Assembly (NCBI GenBank): GCA_008632985.1
Contig: QPGO01000059.1
Location: 1-64,000 of the forward strand
DNA length: 64,000 nt
Direction: 5' to 3'
From: Psammoneis japonica
Taxonomy: Eukaryota
The notes under the pieces were generated by a model that saw nothing but the letters and a program-made list of their open reading frames with translations, had not been told where the DNA came from and ran no database searches. Below, piece after piece: positions 52,164 through 63,850 of this stretch (positions are counted from its first letter, which is position 1; each line of letters starts with the position of its first letter). A program made the position numbers and the translations under genes.

Positions 52164-53684
52164 TGTCGAGTCACTTTTGGCAAGGAAATGAGCACCTGTT
52201 GTTGCCAAACAAAGGTTTTGGCAGTGCCATTGTCGTTTGTGTGCGGAAATCAAAATGCTTGATGTTTGGGTGATGTCACATGTTCCCAACAATTTAGATT
52301 CGTCTGGATTTTTTTAAGATGTTGCTTGCAAAAAATCAACTGACTTCTGGGTTCCTCAATGCACTGAAGCAAGACTGGATTTGAGTGATTGGGGCCTGGT
52401 CACTGGACTGCAACAGCAGCAAAAGCATTGTGTGCTCAACAAGACAATGCAATTGTCATCTCATTGTGAGATCCAAGTGCTGATGGTGAGAGAGACAAAG
52501 CAGCCATTGAAACAGCAACTGTTGCATTCCCGCCAACGTCATTGCACATGACTGACAGACGACCATGTTCTGTCCTTTCTTCTTCCTTTTGATGCACCAG
52601 TTGGAAATTTTGGTGCCAAAAGTGCTTCAAAGTTCCAGACTGACAGCCAAGCCAAAAACTGTCTGGGGGTTTGAAGCCTGACAATGAAAGCAGAATCCAG
52701 GGTGCAAATCCTCCTGGGTTTGCCTTCATCAACAACTGGCTGATGCCGCGTGACAATGCAACAGTGTTCTCCAAGCAGCCAAAAAGGGCATGGCACAAAC
52801 AAATGCAAGTTCAAAGAGCTGAGTGAACTTGAGCAAACCTTCAGGCAAGTCTCAGATTTGCAAACGAGTTTCATCACAGCCGTTGGAATCAAACCGTTGG
52901 CTTTCGAATGACAACAAGATGCACAAAAACAGGGTCCTGTTGTTTGCTGTGTCTGAGAGACAACCTCCGGGTGGCAGAGCTCAAGCAAGAGATGATCAAT
53001 CTCCGGACAAATGCTCCACAGTCACAGCCCAGATGCGCAACCTGGACAGCAGTCGATCAGTCATCTCTGCCAGCTTTTGCAAAGTGGTTCTCTAGAGTTG
53101 CAACAAGTGAACTTGCAGTCATCTGTGTCTTGCGCTTTCAAGGCTTCTGTTGCGTGACGTCCGACGCACATCAGTTGTTCCATTCATTCATGTTGCTGTG
53201 GTTTGTGAAGAGACAAAAATCGCAATCCAAGCATGCACCAGCATGCACACCTGACAACTGCACTGGCAATTGCTTGCAATTCAAGAGAATCAGTGTGTTG
53301 CTGAGCTGCACTGCAGTGGCTCTGCCCACCAATGGGTGGCTGCTAGAGTGGGGCCCTGCAGGTGAAAGCAGGGCTCTCCGCACTGATGCTGCATGTTGCC
53401 ACCGCATGCATGGTGCCATCTTCAAGATGTTGCTGTCATTCTGGCGCTGTGCATGGCCGCGCCGCATCACAGCAATCAATCATCAGGTGGCATCTGCGCA
53501 ATGCCAGGGCCATCTGAAAACATCTGTTGTGCACTGTTCCAAGGCAATGTTTTGTGCTGAGCATGAGATGGGGAGCTTGTTCTGCACACGAGGAATGAGG
53601 AAGAGCGCGATCCACTGCAATCATCACGAGTGCTGACACAACCACAAACTCCACCATGCATCCCGATGAAGCCTGCCATCAAGG

Positions 53685-55700
53685 TCAGCCGTTGGGTTTC
53701 TTCATTCGGAGCCCTTCATCAGCTTCGCACACTCCCACAAACTTTGCAGCCTCTGCCCAACAAACCTTTCCCGATGCTCCCTGCTTCTTGATTTGTCGAA
53801 AACTCTGGAGGCAGGATTTGGTGGACTGGGGTGTGCATGGGCAGACATCTGTCAAATGCACTGCTGCAATGTTTTGTGCTGCCTGGCAGATTCCACGCAG
53901 TTTTGTCGGATGGCAAATGTTGCCTTTGGCATGCTGACAGCGAGGCAAATTTGTGGCGCAATGCACGCACCTTGTCCCCACTTGTCCGACACGAATCTGT
54001 TTCTTTCTGCCTTGGATGTTGCAAGTGGAGTCATCTTCGGCCACCTCGAAATGTTCCAACTGCTTCTGAGCAAGGATCTGATGTTCTGACAGATCATCAA
54101 CATCGGATGACAAGAACATGCAAATGCCCCCGGATTTTGTTCTGGGAAACAAATCATGATGAGCAGGAGCTGCAGTGGCTTGAAAAGAAAACCTCTCAGG
54201 GGCTCCTGATGGAGGATGGTTAGCTGGCCCAGAAAAGCTGCTGGCTGACCAGTCACTGCGTAAGGACGGACAGCAGGCTGCTGCTGGATCGGGAATGCTG
54301 TCGGAATGACCACAGTGGGACGCTGCAATGACAGCATTGGATTGAGTGCCATTGCAGCCTGCACCGCTGGTGTGCTCGGGTGCAGCCCGATTTGTTGTGT
54401 CACTGCTGCGGGCAGCAGAATGTTTGCGTGTTGACTTGCTGCCATTGCAGCATGGTGCTGACCTTCTTGTTGCAGCAAGCTGAGCATGCCATGATGAGGA
54501 AGACCAGCCATGGTCCTTGGTGGCACATCGACATTTCGTGGACATTGATCCGCTCTTGAGTCAACTCTTGGTCTCGTCGCAAACTCTGCTCTCAGTGACA
54601 AAGATGATGGTGCCAACGATGAGTTGTTGCTGGTCATGGCAACCATGCCCGACTGTCCCCCAATTGCTGCTGTTCTCCCTCTCCCACCACTGCTGCTGTG
54701 AGCAGTGTTGCCAGAGATGCCATTTCCACGAACTGAGCAAGCGACATTTGATGCCGCAACATGATCCTCGCTGGCCTCTTGGCATCCTCGTTGCATGATG
54801 CCCATGGAATTCACGCGATGCTTGCGACGGCTTTTGTTGGAGGAGGAGGATGAGGACGAGGTGGTTGTTGCGGTGGGGCTGGCAGCAGCAGTGCTGGCAA
54901 GCTGACAAGCAGAAGGAGCATCACTGGATGTGATGCTCCTGTTTGTTGAGATTCCAGCACAGCAAGTGACGTAGAAATCATCTCTTTGCACTGTCTTTTC
55001 TTGGGATTTGTCACTTCTGCCTCTCCTCCATCAGAACAGTCTTCAGCAGCTTTCAAGCAAGAGGATGGCCCACTGGCCTGAGTGGGAGCCACCTTGTCAT
55101 TTGCAGTCATTTGTTGTTTGCTCCTGTCGGGCTTCGTGGCGGCACCTTGTTGTTCCATTGCACTTGTTGCATCTTCATTTTCGAGTTGCTTCACATCTTG
55201 AACTGGAATCGTGTTCGCACGAGCGGCTGGCTCCTTGGTCTCCACTGCTCTTGTTGGTGGCACAATTTCTCGACGAAGAGTGCCGTCGCTTTTTGACGCT
55301 CTGCCGCTGGTTTTGACAGTTTTCTCCATGTTGTTCTTTCAACATGATGATGATTCAAGCACGAAACTCTGGACTCAGCATTGTCACACCATTCAGATGG
55401 CTCCTTCACCACCGGCACTGGTGCAGTTGTTTTCAGTGCACTGTCCGCAGAGCTTTTTTGTTTACGTTTGGCGATTGGCTGGCGACCTGAAAGCACGGAT
55501 TCAAGGTGCAGCTCTGAGCAACATTGGAGAAAGGGACTTTTCAAGAAACACCGTGACGTCGCATTGTCGGTGGAATTGCACATGCGGAGAAAATTTTGTT
55601 TGACAACTTTTGTGCATTCTCCTGATCAATGCTGAGTTGACTCATTGTTGCCAGCATTTGCAATGACAAGGAACAAGGAAACAACTGTTGGCAATGACCG
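53685..55700 (-). pseudogene. Decayed QVGxRCxHC-domain paralog, with duplicated 3' flank at 53045-53685
   Basis: LSEHQILAQKQLEHFEVAEDD..GQVGTRCVHC..GICQAAQNIAAVHL; flank aligns with 12600-13255. Confidence 0.8.
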
Positions 55701-55759
55701 CTGCTGACATGGCGAAGGATGAAGGACGCAATCAGCAATCGAACCGTGTTGCAGCTTCA

Positions 55760-57868
55760 ACGCACCTGCGAGCCACATGCGGGAAAGAAAGAGAGAAAAG
55801 AGAGTCGTCAAGACGAATGAATTGAGTGGCAACTGAAGGCAGTTTCCCACGTTCCATGTCGAGTTGCGGTGAAGAGCAATGGCGCTGATGGCGAAGAGGC
55901 GAAAAGGGACTGCCATTTTCATCAAGAACTCGTTCCACCAATGACAAGCGTGTCTGAGTGCCGCCAAGAGGAAGAGTTCGGCATTGCCCAGAGCAGTGCT
56001 GACACGATTGCAGCTCAAGATGCAAAGCGACTTGCAAATGAATGTGGAACAAGCACGATGCAATGCCAGGGCACCGACATGTCACCCATCCAGAGCAAAC
56101 GGTCTACACCTGCCAATGCCAATGTTGATCCTGCTCTCGCTCGTCCCACCTCTCGTCTGAAGGCTGCAGCAGAAGAGGACGATGCTGGTGGACGAGAGGC
56201 AGAAGTGGCAAATTGCGAAAGGCAGTGCAAAGAAGGGATTTCTAAGTCGCTCACAATGTTGCAACAACGAACAAGAAGAGCAGCACCAAGTCCTCCTCCT
56301 GATGCTCGTCGTCATTGTCCAAACAGTGTTCCCTCCTTCTCCTCGTCATCCTCGAACAACATTTTCTGTGAGAAGTCCAGCATGCAACGAGCAAGACGCC
56401 ACGGCCAAGACACCACCGGCGACGACAATCACGCAGCATTGTCAAGTGTCTCCAGCTCAGTGGCAGAAACAGCACCTCTGGGGACACTGCAGCAAGTGGC
56501 AGCGGTGGGACGAGGACGAGAAGCGCAACAACAACCACGGGAATGACATCAGCTGGGCCAGAAGACAACGCGACCAGCTGTTGCTCATCATCCTCTTCAT
56601 CGAGAGGGCTCTTTTCGACGAGGCCCAGAAGAAGCAATCACACCGGGCTGGGTCAGGATGATCAGGATGCCTCCCACTCAATCAGAAACGACAACTGCAC
56701 CAACACTTTGCGAGAAGATGAACACTGCCCCCCAATCCATCAACAAAATTCATTCCTCTCACATTCTTGCATGCTTCTTACCCTCCCCAACATGCTGGAG
56801 CACATGACTCATCCAGAAGAACGTCCTCACATGCCACCAAGGGACCAACATGACAAGTTTTTCTTCAAGGAACACGAAGACAAGTGCCAGCTGCTTCAGA
56901 TGAAGAAAGCAAAGCCGCCAACAATGGCATCAACTTTGCCTCAAGAATGAATCCAAATCCAAGAAATGCTGATCTGCCACCAGGGCATGACCTTCCTCAT
57001 GAACATGTGCTCAGTTTGCAACAAGGTCAGGAGAGGCATCGTCATCAGCAACACCATGCCACAGCAATGGCTCGACAGGCAAGCATGGCGCCACTGCACC
57101 CAGCAGTGACTCAACCATTTTTTCCTTTGCCAAGTTTGTCAGCACAGCCTGCAATGGTGTTTAATCCAATGGCACCATTGCAGTGTTCAACAAGCGTCAT
57201 TCCGATCACATCCCTGAATGTGCTTGCTCCTCCTCACACAATGCATGGTCAACCAGCAGCTCTTCCGGGCTTGGTTTGCCAGCCTCCATCAGCAGCTCCA
57301 GTGATTTCTCATCCAACCACTGCATCCCACAGTGCCCCGAGTGGACCCACCCATTTCGATTTGTTCCCCAGAACAAAATCCGGCGGCATTTGCATGTCTT
57401 TGTTGTCTGATCCTGACAATCTGACGGACTGTCAGGTCCTTGCCCCGGAAACAGTTAGAACATTTCGAAGCAACCAAAGGTGACTCCAAATGCACCACCC
57501 AAGGGAGAAAGAAAAAGACACATGAAGGACAAGTGGGGACAAGGTGCATGCATTGCACTGTGAAGCCTGATGTCGAGCATTCAAAAGGTGGCGTTTGCCA
57601 TCCGATGAAACTCAAGAGGATTTGCCAAGCCGCACAAAATGTTGCAGCTGCGCATTTGACAGACGCCTGTAGATGCACACCCCAGTCTACCAAGTCCGAC
57701 CTCCAGAGCCTTCGTCCAATCAAGAAGTTGGCAGCAGCAGGCAAGGTTTGTTGGTCAGAGGCTGCAAAGTTTGCGGAACTTTACGAAACGGAAGTGGGAC
57801 TTAGAATGAAGTCGGTGGCTGACAGCCGTGCTTCTGGCGGCCTGGCTCACTCTGCTCTGAGCGAATGA
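55760..57868 (+). pseudogene. Decayed QVGxRCxHC-domain paralog, head-to-head with the previous one
   Basis: LTDCQVLA/RKQLEHFEATKGD..GQVGTRCMHC..RICQAAQNVAAAHL; N-terminal part homologous to the 54811-55329 ORF. Confidence 0.8.
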
Positions 57869-58279
57869 GGTCTTCATTGAGCTGCACACATTTCCGTCTG
57901 TGTGATTTAAAAGACGTGTGCTGGCATCTGCTCAAGAGGAATGTGCCCAAAGTGGGGCCACCGACAGGCAAGCATCGATCGCTTCACTTGTGCATGCGGT
58001 GTCGCTCTGCTGCACTTGGAAATTCGTGGAATTCCCATTGTTGTTTCAGGTTGTCAGGTGGAATTTCTAATGTCACACACATCGCAGGAACAATTTGAAT
58101 TTACCGCAGCTGCTGTTCATGCTCATTGTGCGAACAAGAGGGATTTCTTAGACAATCTCTCTGCTGGTGGCCACCAGCTGGCTCCAGAAGCAGGTCGGTC
58201 TGGCAACTGCCGGTGCTGTGCAGTGCACATCGACCCTTGATCAAACAGAGTGGACTCTAGAAGACAGAATCATCTCCGA

Positions 58280-59594
58280 GGAATCTGTTTCTTTCTGCCT
58301 TGGATGTTGCAAGTGCAGTCATCTTCGGTCGCCTCGAAATGTTCTAACTGCTTCCGAGCAAGGATCTGACATTCCAACAGTTTGTCAACATCAGATGACA
58401 AGAACATGCAATTGCCCCCAGGTTTTGTTCTGGGAAACAAATCATGATGAGCAGGGCTGTGTTGCCCACTGTGAGGTGCTGCAGTGGCTCGAAAAGAAAA
58501 CCTCTCAGGGGCTTCTGATGGAGGATGGTCAACCGGGCCTGCAAGAGCTGCTGGCTGACCAGTCATTGCGCAAGGATGGACAGCAGGCTGCTGCTGGATC
58601 GGGAACACTGTCGGAATGACCACAGTGAGATGCTGCAATGACAGCATTGGATCAAGTGCCGTTGCAGCCTGCACCACTGGTGTGCTTGGGTGAGGCCCGA
58701 TTTGTTGTGTTGCTCCTGATGGCAGCAGAATGTTTGCTTGTTGACTTGCTGCTGTTGCAGCACAGTGCTGACCTTCTTGTCGCAGCAAGCCGAGCACACC
58801 ATGACGGGTTCCAGTCCCAGGTGGGACTCCGTGTGACATTGGGCCCGCAGAACTCTGCGTGCGAGCTCCACAGTGAATTCATTGAGCAATGAAAATGCAA
58901 ATGATCACCAACAGAAAAAGAGGCAATTTTACGAACATGTCTCCTCCTTCATGCTTGGTGTGCATCATCAACAGTTTGCCCGGGTGTGTTCTTCAGACAT
59001 TGAAGAACATGCCCAGAGTGTTTTCATTCTCATGAATGTTGAAAATGGAAAGCCTTTGGCTTCGCAAAACAGGGAGCATGAAACAATTTCGTAGAACACA
59101 ACACGTAGAAATGTGCGTGCGCGACATGCGACGTGATCCAAAAAACTGTTGATGTCACAGTGCAGCAGTGTGAGGTCCCACCTGGAGCTGGAACGCGTCC
59201 CATGATGAGGAAGACTGGCCACAGTCCTTGGTGGCATGTCAACATTTCTTGGATGTTGATCCGTTCTTGAGTCGACTCTTGGTCTCATTGCAAACTCTGC
59301 TCTCAGTTGTGACAGTGATGCCAACGATGAGTTGTTGCTGGTCTGCGACATTTTGAAATCATCATCATTGCATGAATCAACCCAGGCATTGTGCAAAGAA
59401 AGGATTTCATCTGTAAGAGGCACTGGTGTCCCACACTTGCAGTGGTTTTCCATGACAAACAAAGTCTGCCACATTTTGCGCTTCTCCTCCTCCTGGTCCT
59501 CTTCATCATCAAATGACACCACCGGCAACGTGTTGCCACAGATTTGGCTCGCCCTGTTTGATGCCGTGTCTCCACTTGCTTGTGCGTGATTGCC
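58280..59594 (-). pseudogene. 3'-truncated decayed QVGxRCxHC-domain paralog with MITE insertion
   Basis: LLECQILARKQLEHFEATEDD..QGRKKQI; DNA aligns with 13563-14437. Confidence 0.8.
58803..59199 (-). mobile_element. MITE copy 5 (second subfamily), TSD CCAT
   Basis: The empty site is visible in paralogs (gccatgatgaggaagacc at ~14045 and ~54488). Confidence 0.92.
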
Positions 59595-60331
59595 NNNNNN
59601 NNNNNNNNNNNNNNNNNNNNNNNNNNNNNNNNNNNNNNNNNNNNNNNNNNNNNNNNNNNNNNNNNNNNNNNNNNNNNNNNNNNNNNNNNNNNNNNNNNNN
59701 NNNNNNNNNNNNNNNNNNNNNNNNNNNNNNNNNNNNNNNNNNNNNNNNNNNNNNNNNNNNNNNNNNNNNNNNNNNNNNNNNNNNNNNNNNNNNNNNNNNN
59801 NNNNNNNNNNNNNNNNNNNNNNNNNNNNNNNNNNNNNNNNNNNNNNNNNNNNNNNNNNNNNNNNNNNNNNNNNNNNNNNNNNNNNNNNNNNNNNNNNNNN
59901 NNNNNNNNNNNNNNNNNNNNNNNNNNNNNNNNNNNNNNNNNNNNNNNNNNNNNNNNNNNNNNNNNNNNNNNNNNNNNNNNNNNNNNNNNNNNNNNNNNNN
60001 NNNNNNNNNNNNNNNNNNNNNNNNNNNNNNNNNNNNNNNNNNNNNNNNNNNNNNNNNNNNNNNNNNNNNNNNNNNNNNNNNNNNNNNNNNNNNNNNNNNN
60101 NNNNNNNNNNNNNNNNNNNNNNNNNNNNNNNNNNNNNNNNNNNNNNNNNNNNNNNNNNNNNNNNNNNNNNNNNNNNNNNNNNNNNNNNNNNNNNNNNNNN
60201 NNNNNNNNNNNNNNNNNNNNNNNNNNNNNNNNNNNNNNNNNNNNNNNNNNNNNNNNNNNNNNNNNNNNNNNNNNNNNNNNNNNNNNNNNNNNNNNNNNNN
60301 NNNNNNNNNNNNNNNNNNNNNNNNNNNNNNN

Positions 60332-61505
60332 TCAGGAAGGAACTCCACAAGGCTGCCTTTCAGCTCTCCAAGACACAGAGCATCGATGAGATTTTCTGGG
60401 GTGCGATCCGGATCTCTTTGTCCTCCAATCTTGAAAAACTTAAACTGCTGGAAAGAGAGCTCTGCGTCGTCCTGGAACATGTTGTGGTGAATTTGGTCTG
60501 CCTTGAGAGTCGCACCAACGATGCTTGATCAACAATTGCCATGATCGCTGACTGCCCCTTTGGATTGCCGTGAAGCCCTCGGCACACTTGCAACATTGAA
60601 TTGTCCACAGAAACAGAGGAGATCCAAAGAACGCGGATCTTCACCTTGCTTCGTTGTTGCCTCAGAAATGTGCAGCTCAAAATTCTGTTGCATCAGCAAG
60701 CAACATCTCTTCAATTGTTCCATGATCTCTCTAAGAATGAAACAAATTAGAGTCAGATCAGCAATCATGGAGGCCCTGTCATTTGCGCTTGCAGTGCTCC
60801 ACATTTTCTTCTTGTCAAAGCTGTGCAAGTTGAAAGTGTCGTCGTTGCGGTCTTCCACGGAGAATTTGTCCTCCATCAAAACAAAGCTTTCGAATTTGCC
60901 AGTGTGCTCCTCCGACAATTGTTTCCACTCATCGTCATTTTCGAGGTCTTCCTCGAGACTGTCTGTGATTCACAACACAGGTGAGAGCTTCATGACTTGC
61001 ATTGCTGGCTTCTGTTTTGGCAGGAAGAGCAGCGTCTTTGTCTTCAATTTCAAATTAGCACTGGTGCAACAAAAAGAGAAGCATGGATGCTGCGGATGAG
61101 TCATCAGGAGAGAATGACAGATGATTGGCATCGAGTTCCACGCTGCATCCGACAGAAGCCGAGAGATCTGAATGGCTGGGAATCTTGCACGACCCTCCCA
61201 AAGGAGACGTCGCCCCAGTTTGCTTTGCTGCAAATTCTGAGACCTGCATCAAACAAGCAAGCAACCACATCAGGCATGAGACAATCCCCCACGGAAGGGG
61301 CAAAAGAATGATTCTCGATCTGCAAAGCGGTTGGAAAGGCCGGCCACACACAAGCGGAAGGAAGTCTTTGGAGCCTTTGAAACTGCAACCAATTTTGAAG
61401 AGTCTGATGCGCTTCTCCGGCGGTGGGGCGTGGTCGACATCATGGCATGATTCATTCCAGCCATGTGTCGGCAGGCCGCATGATGGTGCTTGGTGCGTCA
61501 TCTGA
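60332..61505. pseudogene. Decayed duplicate of 15260-15885 joined to a decayed fragment of the RNA ligase-kinase 3' end
   Basis: 61130-61505 aligns with ~17790-18370 with an internal deletion (PTEAERSEWLGILHDPPKGDVA). Confidence 0.85.
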
Positions 61506-62029
61506 GAACTGACAAGAAACGATGATGTGAGAAATGAAACATGGAAATTTCAATCTCTCGTTGGGTGTGCGCGTGATGGCAGAAGACGGAAAGAACGAAA
61601 CAAACACGCATGGACAACCAACAAAATACCTCATCGCTGACAAACGAACCAAGGGAACAGACTGGTTCTCAACGTCCATTGTGATTCCTTTGGTGTGAGG
61701 ATGAGAGCAACAGACCAACCCGGGAAGGAAAAAAGGTTCAACTGCAACAGCAAAAATCTTTGAAACGCATAAATTATTTAGTGATGACGTACTTCTCTGT
61801 GGAAGAATTCCATAAATAATCAAAACAAGCTCAGTAGAAATGACCGTTTTGATGACGTCATAAATAAATGCTGTATTCCACAGGATTTTTTGTCACGCCC
61901 ACATAAATTCACAACTTTCAAAGTTCGTTGCTGAAACTAAGAACATCCCTAAAGCATGTGCTCTATTGTTTATGTATAAGCGTAAACGGCAATAGGCGAC
62001 GATTTTCTTTATCTAGGTCGCACATCACA

Positions 62030-63850
62030 ATGAAAAATATCTATCGGGGAAAAAACGGAGAAAGAGGGAAGCCAAAGGCAACCAATCCCGCTGGTAGTAA
62101 TGGGCGTTCGCTTCGTGAAAACAACACGACTGCATCTGGTGGTCCGAGTAGTGGCCATGGCGCTCTTTTCGATTCAAATCAAAGTTGGAGTATTGCAGCG
62201 CGTATCCATACCGATGAAGGCGACACGGCCCAAGCACCAGATACCATGTTTCTCCGGGGAGGCGGGCCAGAGAGAAGCAGCAACAAGAAGCGAGGACGAG
62301 CAAAGGAGAATCCCAACTTAAAGGGCGAAAGTGATCAGCACACGCAGAAGCGACAAAGAGAAGTCTATCAAAGCGATCCAGAAAGAGGAACTACTGATAC
62401 AGTTGGCGACGCAAACACCGCCACAACAAACGACTACATCAGCGGAGAAGAAGAAAGCAACATTTTCGATGGGGGAGAAGAGAGTTCAAGCGATCTAGGC
62501 ATCAATTTTTCCAGCGTCAACCAGTTTCTTCCGTCGAGCATGCTACCAAGATCACAGGCGATCCCACCTCCACAATCCTTGTTCCCACAACAGTCCTCAA
62601 TCTCCAACATGAGCACATCATCGTCGTCCAGCAATACTAATCAACAAGCATCGTCGTCCTCACTGCCACGACCCATTCAGCAACAACCACAACTTCAACT
62701 ACCAGTCCAAGTCGTCTCAGCAAGCCCTCCACAGGTGGACAACAGGCTGTACATATCAATGCCGCAGTTTCCGCAAGTGATAATGCCACCGTCGGTACCA
62801 GGTCTCCCGCCAATACCTCATCAGCAGGAGCCTGCGATGATACATGCGCGTCCCGGGCAGCCAAGCATTGTCAACATGTTTGCTCCTCCACCTCCACCAG
62901 ACTCGGCTCAAGCTTTACAACTTGCGCAATTCATCCTCCTTCAACAGCGTCTCGCGTCTCAGATGTGGGCCTTTCCTCCTGTACCGCCGATGATTCCTCA
63001 GCAACCGTTTGTACAACACCCCACCATCGGCATTCATCCTAACGTTACAGCTAGCGCAGGAGGCATACCAACGAGTGCCACAGTAGCAGCAACACCAAGA
63101 ACTATGCTGTGGCAACAGCAGACCCAGCAACAAGCCACTCGGCAGCAACCACCGAGTGCTGGAGGATTCCAGTATGAGCCACCATTCATGGTGATGAGGC
63201 AGCAGCCGCAGCTGTCTGTTCCCGTGGCAGCAGCCCCATCATCACCGAGTCTACCGTATGCTTCTGAAGAAAGTCCCAAACCAGCTCCAGCACCAATTGC
63301 AAGCCCGACGAGGGAGGCTATCGCTAGGTTTGAGACACAAGCCGTCAAGCCGAATCCAGATATGTTGATGTTCTTGCCGGAGGACAAGGATCGTTTATCC
63401 GAATACCAAATCCTTGTAAGGAAGCACATTGAATTCTTTGAAGCGACAGAAGCAGACGTTGCGCGAAACGTTCAGGGAAGAAAGAAGCAGCTTCACAAGG
63501 GCCAAGTCGGGCTACGATGCATCCACTGCTATCATGTTTTGCCGCTGAATAGACACAGACGCGGTTCGGTGTACTTCCCCATGAAGCTCCTTGGCATTTA
63601 CCAAGCGGCTCAAAATATTGCTACTACCCATTTGAGTGATTCGTGCATTTGTATACCAGTTTCGGTTAAGGCAGAGCTGAATCGACTACGCGAGTTTAAA
63701 GTTTCAGCTGGAGGTGGTAAGAAATACTGGGCCAGTACTGGTGAGGCCAAGGGGTTGTACGAGACGGAGCAGGGACTTCGTCTGCGTCCTCGCGAAGAAA
63801 AGGTAGTAGAGGGGGAGAAGGGGGGTGAAACATCTCCAGAGTCTAGCTAG
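62030..63850 (+). CDS. Intact protein with Q/P/S-rich low-complexity region and C-terminal QVGxRCxHC domain (possible transcriptional regulator)
   Basis: LSEYQILVRKHIEFFEA..QGRKKQLHKGQVGLRCIHC..GSVYFP..GIYQAAQNIATTHL..KKYW..GLYET; first ATG at 62030. Confidence 0.8.
   Translation: MKNIYRGKNGERGKPKATNPAGSNGRSLRENNTTASGGPSSGHGALFDSNQSWSIAARIHTDEGDTAQAPDTMFLRGGGPERSSNKKRGRAKENPNLKGESDQHTQKRQREVYQSDPERGTTDTVGDANTATTNDYISGEEESNIFDGGEESSSDLGINFSSVNQFLPSSMLPRSQAIPPPQSLFPQQSSISNMSTSSSSSNTNQQASSSSLPRPIQQQPQLQLPVQVVSASPPQVDNRLYISMPQFPQVIMPPSVPGLPPIPHQQEPAMIHARPGQPSIVNMFAPPPPPDSAQALQLAQFILLQQRLASQMWAFPPVPPMIPQQPFVQHPTIGIHPNVTASAGGIPTSATVAATPRTMLWQQQTQQQATRQQPPSAGGFQYEPPFMVMRQQPQLSVPVAAAPSSPSLPYASEESPKPAPAPIASPTREAIARFETQAVKPNPDMLMFLPEDKDRLSEYQILVRKHIEFFEATEADVARNVQGRKKQLHKGQVGLRCIHCYHVLPLNRHRRGSVYFPMKLLGIYQAAQNIATTHLSDSCICIPVSVKAELNRLREFKVSAGGGKKYWASTGEAKGLYETEQGLRLRPREEKVVEGEKGGETSPESS

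Noticed and set aside
18720..61620. Dense overlapping six-frame ORFs rich in Cys/His
   Set aside because: An expected by-product of losing TAA/TAG stops and Tyr codons; not real Cys/His-rich genes
18720..61620. Alternative genetic code or RNA editing to explain Tyr->Cys/His
   Set aside because: The same change affects non-coding MITEs, LTRs and flanks; neighbouring genes use Tyr normally; the elements also carry frameshifts and TGA stops
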